Origin: Eledone cirrhosa
Lineage: Eukaryota
Reading direction: 5' to 3'
Assembly (NCBI GenBank): GCA_964016885.1
Contig: OZ024744.1
Location: 24,986,001-25,050,000 of the forward strand
Length of the DNA stretch: 64,000 nucleotides
The position numbers were made by a program, and so were the translations under genes. The notes beneath the pieces are model-generated. The model made no database searches. It saw only the letters and a program-made list of their open reading frames with translations, and was not told where the DNA came from. Shown one piece after another: positions 40,751-54,776 of this stretch (the stretch's first letter is position 1; each line of letters starts with the position of its first letter).

Positions 40751-41330
40751 AAAAGATGGAATCGAAAATGCAATTGGAGTCTTATTTTAAAAAATATATA
40801 TATAATTATTTGGTTCCTTTACCGGTTTCGCAGTTCTTCTGCTTTTCAAAAGTAGAGTTGAGATGGGGGGGGGGGGGGGGGGGGTCTGTGGTTTTTCTCA
40901 CATCTCACATGTACGTCAATACTCAACTTTTTCCATTTCTCCCAGGGTTCTTAACCCCACTATCGGGCTAAATAATTTCTTTAATTTCTTTAGTCAAAAT
41001 ACGGCGATAGCTTACATTTATAATAATTTCAAACCCACTCGCTGTTTCGAAAATATTCTTACTTATATATATATATGTATATATATATATATGTATATAT
41101 GTATATATCTTTATATATATATATATATGTATATATGTATATATATATGTATATATATATATGTATATATATATGTATATATATTTATATATATATATGT
41201 ATATATGTATATATATATGGATATATATTTATATATATATGTATATATGTATATATACATATATATATATGTATATATGTATATATATGTATATATATGT
41301 ATATATATATATATATATATGTATATATGC

Positions 41331-41417
<87 letters not shown>

Positions 41418-42168
41418 TATTATATTGAAAAAAAAAAACGACTTTCTTCACGTCCTATCTTTTGTGTGCGTCAAGGTATATTTCACAAAGATACATTTCC
41501 TTATAGTTAATTTCCAACTGTAATGTAATGTTGTGAGGTCCATTCCTAAACAATTCTAGAAAACCTTCGTAATCTCATCTTGAAGGCGATATGGTATTGG
41601 TTAGGTCTGCTATTGTCTATTTCATTAGTTCAAGTTGGTATTACACGGTGATTGGTAAGGAAGACATAACTGCCGGAATTTGAATTTTTGACCGTTACAT
41701 ATTCTACGTCATCACTCAGGTGGTTATATCTCTCTTACCAGAACACTCTCTTGTATCTTCTGTCTGTATATTTCGCCCTTCCATTCGGCTGCAACACTTC
41801 GTCTATTGTTTCCTTTCCTTACACCAAGGATTTATCTAGAAGGAGCTCATACGAAAATATGCAATATATATATATATGCAATATAGTGTGTGTGTGTGTG
41901 TGTGTATATACACACACACGCTCACAGACACTCGCTTATATATACACACATGTATGCACACAAACATGCACACAAACACATTCACATATACATATATATG
42001 TATGTCTATAATCACGTAAATACCTTAAAATCAATGTCAGCTTTATATATATTTGCTCATGTACGGAAAAGCCTGTGTATAGTTTTATACATTCTGAACT
42101 ATTTCTCATCATATATTGATTGGTGTGCTATGCACTGATTTATATATATACATATATATCCCTCCCCC

Positions 42169-42199
<31 letters not shown>

Positions 42200-42729
42200 T
42201 GTGTTTGAATGTAAACACAAACACACACACATACACACTCACACACATATATATACAAATATATATATATATACGTATATATATATATATACATATACAT
42301 ATGCATATGCATATGCATATTGAAATACTAATCAATATGCGTGTATGTATGTAAGTGTATTTATATATATATGTATGTAAGTGTATATAAATATATGTGT
42401 GTATGTAGGTAAGTAGGTGATGCATGGGTGATAGAGGCATGCGCATCATGGTAGCAGAGAGTGTATATAGGGAGAAGATCGTTTGTAAAGACGACACAAA
42501 GAGCAGCTGCTGTCCGACACTTCTTTGTCCGTCGTCTTTAAACAACAACCAGTTTATGATAATAATATTAATACAACCCCGAGTCCTAATCACACAATGG
42601 GTTGTTAAGGCAAAGGGGAAAGCCGGCTGCTCCCGTCCATAGCGAAGGGGTGCAAAGGACGAGATGCTTGTGACGTGACACTCATACCCTATAGCCAGCC
42701 ACACCCAAACCTTGACGACCCCTCTTCAC

Positions 42730-42796
<67 letters not shown>

Positions 42797-42805
42797 TACA
42801 TATAT

Positions 42806-42879
<74 letters not shown>

Positions 42880-42916
42880 CATATATATATATATGTGTGT
42901 CTGTGTGTATACATAT

Positions 42917-42978
<62 letters not shown>

Positions 42979-42992
42979 ATACATATATATAT

Positions 42993-43037
<45 letters not shown>

Positions 43038-43459
43038 CATGTATACATACATAAATATAATATATACATAAATATATAAATATATGTATATATATATATA
43101 TATATACATATACACATATATATATACATATATATATATATATACCTATATATATATACATGTATGTATATATTTATTATCATTTGTTTCATACGTACAC
43201 TCATATTTACCATTAGACCACTTGTCAAACACACACACTTCCCCCGCCACATATGTATCTATGTGTGTATGTGTGTATGTATGTGTGTATGTATGTATCT
43301 ATGCATGTATGTGTGTATGTATGTGTCTATGTATATATGCATGTATGTATGTTCGAGTATTTATGCGCATGTTCACGCGAGTGCTATATATATATATATG
43401 TGTGTGTGTGTATGTGTGTGTGTGTGTGTGTGTAGTGAGGGCGAAAGAGAGAAATAGGT

Positions 43460-43514
<55 letters not shown>

Positions 43515-43832
43515 TCCCTAGACGAGCCCTGATGAGGAGACCTGTAGTATCAAACAAAGACTATAAATATGATAATATTTCATTGTTGTAAGACAAGGTT
43601 CATCCGTGGCCAGAGTAGTTTTCTGTCAGGAATTATGAGAATTTACTATAGGTTTCCTGCGTGTAGTTAGTCTGTATGGATGGGTGTCAGCCATGACAGT
43701 TTACTTACTAACACTATTTAACTGAAGCTGCTAAAAATATCTGCTACACAACTGCCGAGTAACACCCTGCCATCTTTAATAAAACTATGAATATATTAGA
43801 TTATCTAAATGTTCATTGACTAAACGAAATAA

Positions 43833-43886
<54 letters not shown>

Positions 43887-43888
<2 letters not shown>

Positions 43889-44782
43889 TTTCTTTATTGG
43901 CAACAAGGGCTGACATCAAGAAAAACATCACAGACGGTACAGGACGGTACGATGTGGGTTTTGTGCGTGTAAATATTTTTTATTTATATAAGAAAAGAAA
44001 AAAGACATAAAACATATATATATATAAACAATAAAATGAAAATTGAAATAATGAAAAATTCCCCAATAGTGGGGAAACCTCCGAGGGTTACTCGTGGCGA
44101 AAACCACACAAAAGACCACGGCCACCCTGACTACCAGGGCAAGCGCCCTCTCTCAATTTTTCCATCTCTCAAACTACAGACATATATTCACTCGGACCAT
44201 TTTCGCTACATTCACCCACCTTTCAACAAACTTGCTAGAAGGCAGCACTTGCCACTCCACTCTGATTTTCCTCTTCAAGTGAAACTTGAAAAAGTTAATT
44301 AGGGATTCGCCGAAGAGGAAAGTGTTTGTCTTTAATCCTTTTAACCTTGTCCACCACACAATCTCTTTCGCCATGGCCACCAGGCAGATGAAAACCGCCT
44401 GCCCTTCCTCCTCAAAGGAAGACGGCGAGACCATCTGCTCAATGGACTCAGTCGACAACCGGATCAGTCCCACACGTGACAGCAACTGTTCGACATAGCT
44501 CCATAAGTCAGCAATGCTCGGGCACTGAACGAGTGCGTGCACAACGGTTTCGTCGCTCTGCGCGCATCTCGGACAGGCTCGGCTGACGGCACTTCCGTGC
44601 CTGTAGAGCTTATCTCGAACCGGCAGCGCTCCCCGGTAGCACTGCCAGGCCAGGGATTTTTGGAAGTTATCCATACGTCCCGGGCTGAAAGTTCTCCGGA
44701 AGAGAGCAAACAGCTGATCTTCTTCGACGCCCAGGATCTCTCCGTGAATGTCGTCGCTCTTCCCCTCCACTAGTCCTCTATA
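43887..44782 (-). mobile_element. Tx1/L1-clade LINE, 5'-truncated (ORF2 C-terminus plus 3' UTR)
   Basis: ORF 44174-44770 has the zf-RVT pattern W...GALPV.DKL...CPRC...ETVVHALVQC...LW. 3' end AATAAAGAAATC is followed by (ATT)n. Confidence 0.9.
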
Positions 44783-44811
44783 ATAATAATAATAATAATA
44801 ATAGTAATAAT

Positions 44812-45134
44812 GCTTTCTTTATTAACCACAAAGGTCTATATAAAGTAGACATTAAGGACAGTACAGGACAATACAGGACGGTACAAATGGGCATTTATGC
44901 GTGTAAAAAACAAGAAACAGAGGATGTAATAATAGAACAATGAAAAAATTCCCCAATAGGGGGGAGACTTCCGAGGGACATTCGTGGAGAAAGCCCATTA
45001 AAAAGCCATAGTGGCCTTGACCACCAGGGCAAGTGCCCTCTCCCAGTTTTCCACCTTTAATTTACAGACACACGCTCATGGTAGGCCCATTCACTCGGGC
45101 CATTCTTGCCTCTCTCACCCATCTTTCAACAAAC
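44812..45134 (-). mobile_element. Second Tx1-like LINE 3' fragment (related subfamily)
   Basis: Encodes FVERWVREARMARVNGPTMSVCL*, versus FVERWVNVAKMVRVNICL* in the first element. Homologous 3' UTR and (ATT)n tail. Confidence 0.85.
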
Positions 45135-45152
45135 TACTACTACTAATAATAA

Positions 45153-45263
45153 TGTTTCTACTTTTGGCACAAGGCCATCAATTAACCAGTACATTACTGG
45201 TACTTTATTTTATCGACCCCGTAAGTATGAAAGGCAAAGTTGACCTCGGCGGGATTTGAACTT
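45153..45263 (-). mobile_element. SINE family A, 5'-truncated
   Basis: Core match. Its tail abuts the Tx1-like fragment. Confidence 0.85.
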
Positions 45264-46184
45264 AGAAATAGTGATAAATATAATAGAACCGGGGAAAAGA
45301 CGTGATAGTCCTCATTGTAACAGTTTTGCAACAATAGTCTGCAAAAGCAGGGATTGACCTAAACAACAACAATGACACTACGACGACAACATGGCCTTAC
45401 ATTCCATCCTAAAATAAATGTTGTAACAAGGCATGTAGTGTAAACATGAAATAGATTAAATTTGAAGGTTATTTATTACATATCATCAGGAGCCGTGTAA
45501 ACTCGTCATGGAACGTTTATGTAATATTTGTAGAGTTACGGCCCTTTACCTTTTGAGTTCAAATCCTGCAAAGGTTAACTTTGTCTTTCATCCTTTCGCG
45601 ACCAACAAAATAAAGTACCAGTAATGCAATTGGGTCGATCTAATCGACTCTACCCCCCCCCCCCCCCCAAAAAAAAAATGTTGGTTTCTGCCTAAATCAG
45701 AAACCGTTATTATCATTATTGTCATTATTTGAGGTAAAGGTGAAACCTTACTATACATTAGGAAAATAGTCCCTCTTTACTTCCTTGTTATATTTTTACT
45801 TTGTATAGCTTAGTCACAGAAAGTGTCCATGGCCTATATTTCTAGGGGCTTCCAAGCTGGGTGTCATGAAAGGGAAGAAGAGACCTGGTACTTAGGTTGT
45901 TGCAGTAGGAAAGAACGTATCAATATATCAGGACATCCCTAATCCCTCGTCCGTTTTAAAATCTCCAACTGTCCCTTTGGGTGAAGTAGTCCACACCGTT
46001 GCAAGACTTCCAATCAGGTTACCAATTTGAGAATAACTTCCTTTCCCGTTTCCAAAGAGTATCAAGGGTGCTGTTCTTTTCTCCCTGCTTAAACAGTTAA
46101 AATATCCGTCAGAGATAAGACGCTCAATGGCTATTAGTATCAGGTTATGGTGTTGTCCACTGTAATCTATCCCTGGTCAAATAC

Positions 46185-46780
46185 ATTTAGCTGTCAACAG
46201 TCTTCAGTTCACCTATCAGTAGCTACCACATTGTTATAGTTCACAATACTGTGTCCATGAAAAAGGCACTTAAGTGTCAACAAGCTCGCCCACTTAGCTG
46301 TAAGTAGGTCCTACAGTATAGTATAATTTACTGTAATGTCGTGATCAAGACATCTAACTGACAATAGCCTAGTCTACTTAGCTGTAAGTTGGTACCACAC
46401 TGGGGTATAAGTTCACTGTAATGTTTCAAGGCATTTCACTGTCAATAGGCCACCTAACTATGAGTAAGTTTCACACTATAGGGTAATTCATTGGACCGTG
46501 CCCGAGATATTCTCAGCAGTTCAGTCCACCTCTTTCTATGTAAATACCACTGTCAATAAATAGTCCAGCCCACCTAGCTTTATGTAGGCATCGCATTATA
46601 GTTCATTGGACTGTGTAGATGACCAAGACGATTAACTCAAGTGTCCAGTTTACCTAGCTATAAGCAGACTCTACATTATTACAGTTCACTATAATGTTTC
46701 CCTCTCTAACACCACACGTAACTACCAAGTGTCCAGTTTACCTAGCTATAAGAATATTCCGTACTGTCTTATAATTCCTC
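46185..46780. repeat. Highly degenerate ~85-bp tandem repeat (~7 units)
   Basis: Recurrent CTGTCAA(T/C)AG...AC(C/T)TAGCT(G/A)TAAG...AGTTCA(C/T)T motifs. Confidence 0.6.
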
Positions 46781-46819
46781 TCACTCTATGCTCGGTGAGT
46801 CAGTTTCCAGAATACTTTA

Positions 46820-46920
46820 TTAGCTCCAAGTTCCTGTGTTCTTGGAGCGTTGATGGAAGGAAGCCGCCTTAACAACGCTGGCGACCTTAATTTCCATTCT
46901 ATTCATCTCCTTCATTATTT
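46820..46920 (-). CDS. Candidate terminal exon (..IMKEMNRMEIKVASVVKAASFHQRSKNTGTWS*)
   Basis: Long pyrimidine tract ending TTCTAG|, open phase-1 frame to TAA, which overlaps AATAAA. Confidence 0.35.
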
Positions 46921-48179
46921 CTAGAATAGACAGCAAAAGGAAAGAAAGACGAGGCGATGTGGGATAGAAGAACAAGAATAAGAAACAAGAATAAATATAT
47001 GGTGTCGAGGAGACGAAACGAAATGTCAGCAACGTATTTAAAGTCACTAAGCTGGCAGTCCAGTACTTTGTTCACTCAAGCATGAGCAACTAGATTCTTT
47101 AGAGAAAGATCTGTAAGCTGCATTGTATGTAGATCGAGTATGTTAAGTTTCAGCAACACTCCAAAGATGTTTGCTAATAGAAAAAAATAATAAAAATAAA
47201 AGTAAAAATAAGAATAGAGATGGAAGTGGTTGAAAAGAAGGTAAAATGTGCACTGATCGATCTAACCACAAAGGGCGTGCCTTGTGGAGTGAGGGGCGTT
47301 TTAGCTTCAAAACAATAATCAGAAGATACGAATGGTTCGGAAGGGGCCTGTTTTGGTTATCGATTTGTTTTTGTTTGTCTTTTCTTCTTTTCCTGTTTTT
47401 ATTGTTTTCTTTTAATATCTTTTGGTTGTGTATAGTTGAGTTGTGAGCAGTTGAAGGGTGTGAGAATATTATTTAAGTGTGTTGATATGAGAAAGATAAA
47501 TGAATGCTACCTGGTCAATGACACATTTTCTAATGTAACCCATTATATACGTATCCATTTATCATAAACGTTGAGGGAGAATGCTTCAATTAACATGAGA
47601 AATAAAGTTGTGGTTGAAATGCCCTTTTGTATTTTTATTCAACAAATTTCAAATAAATTTTATAAATGTTTGCAATGAAAATAAAATTAGATAACCACAG
47701 TAAGGGAAAGGGATCGGCAGAATATAGACTCTAGTGTTGGTGGTATATCTCAGCTGCGGACGATATGGCGATAGTATTGTCGCAGAGAAGAACCACCAAT
47801 GACACTGGCAGTATGATAATGAATAATTAACATTGTAGGTGTGAATAGAAAAAAAGAAGTTAAGGTGAGCTCTCGGTTCACAGAAACGGGCGGTTTTAAT
47901 TACCATTTGAAGCCATTTCATCAAACTAACTCAGAGAATGTCAGTGGGGAAAAACGCATAAAAAGAATAAGACATTAATTTTTAAATCAAATAGGTAGAC
48001 AGGGACTTCGAAGTTTTGATGCTAATAGAACCCGTCAGAATGTTATGTCTCTAGGTACAAGTTATGCTTGGGTTCATCTTGTGAATAAACTTAAGCATAT
48101 AACCTCTACCTATAATTACAGAACTCACAATATGACCAAGTCAATCATTGGCAAAATATCGAAGTAACATTTTTATTAC

Positions 48180-48251
48180 ACACATATACTCATATAGTCA
48201 CACACACACACAGACACATATACTCACATAGTCTCACACATACTCATATAG

Positions 48252-48329
<78 letters not shown>

Positions 48330-48338
48330 TCACATAGT

Positions 48339-48373
<35 letters not shown>

Positions 48374-48844
48374 TCATATAGTCACACACACACACACACA
48401 CATATACTCACATAGTCTCACACATACTCATATAGTCACACACACACACACATACTCATATAGTCACACACACACACACACACACACATGCTCATATAAT
48501 CACACACACACGCACACACATACTCATATAGTCACACACACACACAAACACACACATATACTCATATAGTCACACACACACACATACTCAAATAGTTTCA
48601 CACACACACACACACACACATACTCATATAGACACACACACACACATACTCATATAGTCACACACACACACACACACATACTCATATAGTCACACACACA
48701 CACACACACATACTCATATAGTCACACACACACATACTCATATAGTCACACACACACACACACATACTCATATAGTCACACACACACACACACACACATA
48801 CTCATATAGTCACACACACACACACACACACATACTCATATAGT

Positions 48845-48875
<31 letters not shown>

Positions 48876-49009
48876 TCATATAGTCTCACACACACACACA
48901 CACACACATATACTCACATAGTCTCACACACACACAAACATACTCATATAGCCACACACACACACACACACACTCACATAGTCTCACACACACACACACT
49001 CACATAGTA

Positions 49010-49043
<34 letters not shown>

Positions 49044-49320
49044 TCACATAGTCTCACACACACACACATACTCACATAGTCTCACACACACACACACATA
49101 CTCACATAGTCTCACACACACACACACACATACTCACATAGTCTCACACACACACACACATACTCACATAGCCTCACACACACACACATACTCACATAGT
49201 CTCACACACACACACACATACTCACATAGTCTCACACATACACACACACTCACACACATAGTCACACACACACTTACATAGTCACACACATATTCACACA
49301 TATTCACTAACACATACTCA
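48180..49320. repeat. (CA)n compound satellite with TACTCA(T/C)ATAGT anchor
   Basis: The anchor is repeated more than 30 times with variable CA spacers. Confidence 0.95.
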
Positions 49321-49735
49321 CAAAAATAGCCACACACACACGGACCCCCCCCCCCACACATAACCCCCCACACCTACACACCACACACAAACAAACACAC
49401 CCGCACACCCATACACACTGACACACACGCCCACCCACACGCACACACGCTGACACTCTCACACACACTGACACCCACACACACACCTACACACACACAC
49501 ACTGACACACACTCACACCCACACACGCTGACGTACACTCACACCCACACACACTGACACCCGCCCACCCATATACACACCCACACACCCACACACATAC
49601 ACACTGACACACACACACACTGACCCACACCCTCACACACTGACACCCACATACACGCAGTGACACACACATATAGCAGACATAAGCAGCCATCCTATAC
49701 AATGTTATGTCAGTATTTCAACCTCTTCTTTTCAG

Positions 49736-49865
49736 ATATTCCACAATCGAATGAAGGGTTTACGTTCTCGGGATGAAATGCTTTTATTCAACACTGGAGA
49801 GACTCTTGTCCAAATCAACCAAGATACGTCCGATGACAAAGCTGTGTTTCTTAAAACAGAAAAAG
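49736..49865 (+). CDS. Probable internal coding exon, possibly a divergent SH3-like segment
   Basis: CTCTTCTTTTCAG| acceptor and AAG|GTAACT donor. Only phase 0 is open: IFHNRMKGLRSRDEMLLFNTGETLVQINQDTSDDKAVFLKTEK. Confidence 0.6.
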
Positions 49866-49966
49866 GTAACTCTCTATCGAAACAAAATATTTCATTTTGA
49901 TGATAAAATCATCAGTTTATTGTGTTTATTGTTAGTATTTATTTATAAGGGCGGTGGGGCTGGCTG

Positions 49967-50112
49967 ATTGGCAGAATCAGTAGAGCATCGGACAATATTC
50001 TTTGCAGTATATAGTTATGTCTCTATACCTTCTGAGTTTAAAAATCCCGCCGAGGTTAACTTTGCCTTCCGTCCTTACGGGGTCGATAATATAAAGTACC
50101 AGTAATGCAGTA
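49967..50112 (+). mobile_element. Family A-related SINE (older subfamily)
   Basis: Same head and core, different 3' part. Similar relics at ~995, 6190, 8940, 23860, 34380, 45533, 50195 and 50930. Confidence 0.7.
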
Positions 50113-50431
50113 AAATCGATTTAATCGAACCTCCACTCCCCCACACACACACATTGTTAACATTCTGCCGAAATCAGGAATCATTAACAATGGCAGTGGA
50201 TTTGAAGAATCAGTAGAATGATGGACAATATGTCTTGTGACATATACCTTCTGTCCTTTACACTTTGGGTTCAATTTCCACCGAGGTTACCTTTGTCTTT
50301 CATCGTTCCGAGGTCCATAAAATATAGTACCAGACATATACTGGTGTCGATTGACCTATCAAATTCCCTACTTTGCTTGCCCTGTATCTATATAAGAAAT
50401 AATTTATTTGCATCTTTAACATTGATTGGAA

Positions 50432-50656
50432 GTGTGTGGCCTAATGGTAAGGGTGTTGGACTTATGATCACAATGACTGGGTTGTATGTTGTGTTCTTGA
50501 GTAAAACATTTCATTTCATGTTGCTCCAGTAAACTCAGCTGAAAATGAGTACCAGTAATAGATGGGGGTTTAAACCTGCGATGGACTGGTCTCCTGTCCA
50601 GAGGAAGTCTTGTACTCTCAGTCGCTTCACGCCATGAAACCGGGATAAATACCGGC
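50432..50656 (+). mobile_element. tRNA-derived SINE family B
   Basis: GTGTGGCCTAATGGTAAGG head and CCTGCGATGGACTGGTCTCCTGTCCAG segment resembling the V-SINE domain. Homologues at 20255-20670 and ~24120-24290. Confidence 0.7.
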
Positions 50657-51542
50657 TTCTCTCTCTAACACACACACACGGATATATATCCACATACTCA
50701 CGTACACCTACCCACACGCACTCTCACTCACACGCACATCCTCACAAACATAAGCAAACATTTACACGCGTGCACACACACATACACACACAAGGTTTCT
50801 GGGACATTTTGTTTAAATCTAACAGAGCCCATCTCCTCTCCAAATCTTAATGCGGCCAAGAGTTAGGAAAAATAGTAAGAGAAAGAGATATAGAGGATGA
50901 AACGCCCACTATTGGATTGGTATTATTTTTTTTATAGGAAAATGAAAAACAAAGTTGAGTTCGGTGGGATTAGAACTCATAGAGGAGAGACTCGGAACAA
51001 ATACCGCAAATTATTCTATCCGACAATCTAATGACGCTGACAATTTGCTGCCTTCATATATGTATATGTAGTCAACTTAACTGAATGAATCTAGTCCTCA
51101 TCATATTACTGGTAGATGTTTCGTTGATCATACATTAATGGAATGCAAAATTGAATACGTACCAAATTTTTCCTTAGTTTAGAACAAATGAAACTGGGTT
51201 CGAGACTAACTATCACCATACCATTCCCTTCTAAGGTAAATTATCTTCTAAGGTAAATTAATAATTCTTCAAAGTTGTTAATTAGTTATAGTTAACGTTA
51301 AGATGGGCTATAAACAATATTGTACTACGTGCTAGAACGTTAGTCTTTCTTTTACTAAAGAATCCAAGCAACACAGAATTAAACGTTCATTAGTTAAGAG
51401 TGTGACATGCAAATATCAGTTTTCCTACTATTTCAAGCGTTAAACTAATATATTTCTTCGATGTTCTGGGTCGTTTGTTTTGTTATTGCTGTTTACCATT
51501 TACACACACACACATACACACATACATTGATATATGTTTATC

Positions 51543-51682
<140 letters not shown>

Positions 51683-51709
51683 CATATATATATACATATA
51701 TATTGACAC

Positions 51710-52172
<463 letters not shown>

Positions 52173-52379
52173 GTATGTATATACACGCGCACACACACAC
52201 ATATATATAAAATCGCTCATTAAGATGACATCGAACTCTCGTTACGCGAGTCTATCTGTTTGTAAAAGTATGCTCAGTATATTAGTCTATGATTTCATCT
52301 TAATCTTGAAAAGGTTTGAAAAGGTTTGGAAAAGATAAAGAAAGGCTAACATTAGTGAGCAGTCGTTATTGTAGAAGGT

Positions 52380-52562
52380 GGAGGATTGGCAGTATCGGTA
52401 GAGTGTCGGACGCCATGCTTTCCAGCAGAGTTACGTCCCTTTACGGTCTGAGTTCAAATCCCGCCGAGGTTAACTTTGCTTTTCATCCTTACGGGGTCGA
52501 TAAAATAAAAGTACCAGTAATACACTGGGTAATTTGCTGGCGTTGTGCCAAAAGTAGAAACA
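52380..52562 (+). mobile_element. SINE family A, full length
   Basis: A/B boxes. TSD GTTATTGTA(G/T)AAGGT. Confidence 0.9.
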
Positions 52563-52753
52563 GTTATTGTATAAGGTTTTCGGTGAGTGTGGGAGTGAGT
52601 AATTCCATTGTCATCAAAACCATCTTATTTCATATAGAGACACACAAAAGGACATATTTATCTCATCCGCTCTCTATGTATGTGTGTATATATATATATA
52701 TATAAAGTTACTATCTCATACATAGACACACACAAGCACACACCCACACATAC

Positions 52754-52801
<48 letters not shown>

Positions 52802-52834
52802 AGTTACACACTCATACATAGACAAACACACACC

Positions 52835-52898
<64 letters not shown>

Positions 52899-52968
52899 GA
52901 TTTATACATACACACATATATATACATAAATATATGTATATATATAAATATATACAGGTATATATTTA

Positions 52969-53008
<40 letters not shown>

Positions 53009-53668
53009 TATATTATATGTGTGTGTGTGTGTATGTGTCTGTGGGCGAATGTTAAATGATGTAATGTGTTTCTGCAAGTATGTATCTGTGTATGTGTATA
53101 AGAGTGTATGTATAGAATCTTCCCAGTCATCCAACGAAAGTGAATGACAAGAACAAGAAGCCGACAACAGAAATAATATACATACAACCGTGTATGTAGG
53201 CTTCGTTGACACGACCAGGCTACGGGTTCGTTCTATTCTCATGCAACTTTAACTGGTAACAAAACACCATATTCTAAGCAATTCAAAATGGATTATAATG
53301 GATTATGAAGGATTATCTATACTTAAATGGATACACCCAATCTACCCAGGTAGGTACTTTAGGTACATGTTGATATAGATAGTAGATATAGTTTCCATAT
53401 GAGGTGAACAAGTACAAAACTTGTTGACATTTCATCAATGTTCATATGTACACACATATATATATATGTGTGTGTATGTGTATGTGTGTGTATATGTGTG
53501 TGTGTTTAGATACCTCACAAACATACTGAAGGGTAGAGGAGGGTTAAACGGAAAGATTAAGAAATGTACAATTGACAGGCAGACAGGCATTCATATATGT
53601 ATGTGGGTTAGTAGATAGATAAAAACTTATACACACACACACACACACGCACACACACACACGCACAC

Positions 53669-53788
<120 letters not shown>

Positions 53789-53927
53789 GTAAATAGATGG
53801 ATACATAATATATAATTTTATATGTATTAATTATACGTGTCTAAATATATGTAAGCAAAGTTTTATTATATATATGTATGTATATATATATGTATATGAC
53901 TTTATTTATATATATATATATATTTCT

Positions 53928-54003
<76 letters not shown>

Positions 54004-54042
54004 GATATTAATAAATGGAAACTATATTTATAAAACCATATT

Positions 54043-54107
54043 TATTTCATTATACATATTTCAGGGATACCACATTAACTTATGGTATGCCTTCATCAGA
54101 CAAAATA
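54043..54107 (-). ncRNA. Type I hammerhead ribozyme motif, family H1, intact core
   Basis: TATTTTGT-CTGATGA-AGGCATACCA-loop-TGGTATCCCT-GAA-ATATGTAT-A-ATGAAATA. Confidence 0.7.
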
Positions 54108-54320
54108 CAATATATAACAGTTTTACAAATAGCTTTGACGTACCCTTTTAAAGTGCAAGCATTACTTTTGGAGGCTGTCTGGATAGTGATTTGTTTATAT
54201 TATTTTAATAAGTCATAGTGTTAAGCACAATTAGAAAAAGACGGAGAGAAAGAAAAAAAGAAAAAAGACGGAGAGAGAGAAAGAAAACCTGGAGAAATAT
54301 CGGAGAGAGAAAAGTATGTA

Positions 54321-54355
<35 letters not shown>

Positions 54356-54460
54356 GATATTACTTTAATATCGTAAACCTACTCCAGAAACTGTTGAGTG
54401 CTGTTATATCAGTTATAAAATATTTACTCGTTGTAACCCAACAATCTTAAATAAAACTTT

Positions 54461-54500
<40 letters not shown>

Positions 54501-54504
<4 letters not shown>

Positions 54505-54691
54505 AACCAGTAAGACCCCGACAGCTGAGCTCAAGCCGTTTCGACAGCTAATTCAGTCCAGAATTAGCCGTCAAAACGGCTTGAGCTCAGCTGTCGGGGT
54601 CTTACTGGTTCCTATTACCCACTCTACTACCCCAAGTATTGAGTACTTTGGTGCGTTATGGTCCACCTGGTTCCTTACCACATTTCCTTCG

Positions 54692-54694
<3 letters not shown>
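54501..54694. mobile_element. Family X element with inverted 5' duplication
   Basis: Same family as 3368-3567. Both arms share copy-specific variants. Confidence 0.75.

Positions 54695-54776
<82 letters not shown>

Noticed and set aside
43525-43560. CTGATGAG hammerhead start (also at 16689)
   Set aside because: No properly placed GAAA or helix III.
53115-53350. Plus-strand continuation exon ([10 protein letters not shown] or GFVDTTRLRVRSILMQL*)
   Set aside because: Both are phase-compatible with the 49865 donor, but the acceptors lack pyrimidine tracts, so it cannot be resolved.
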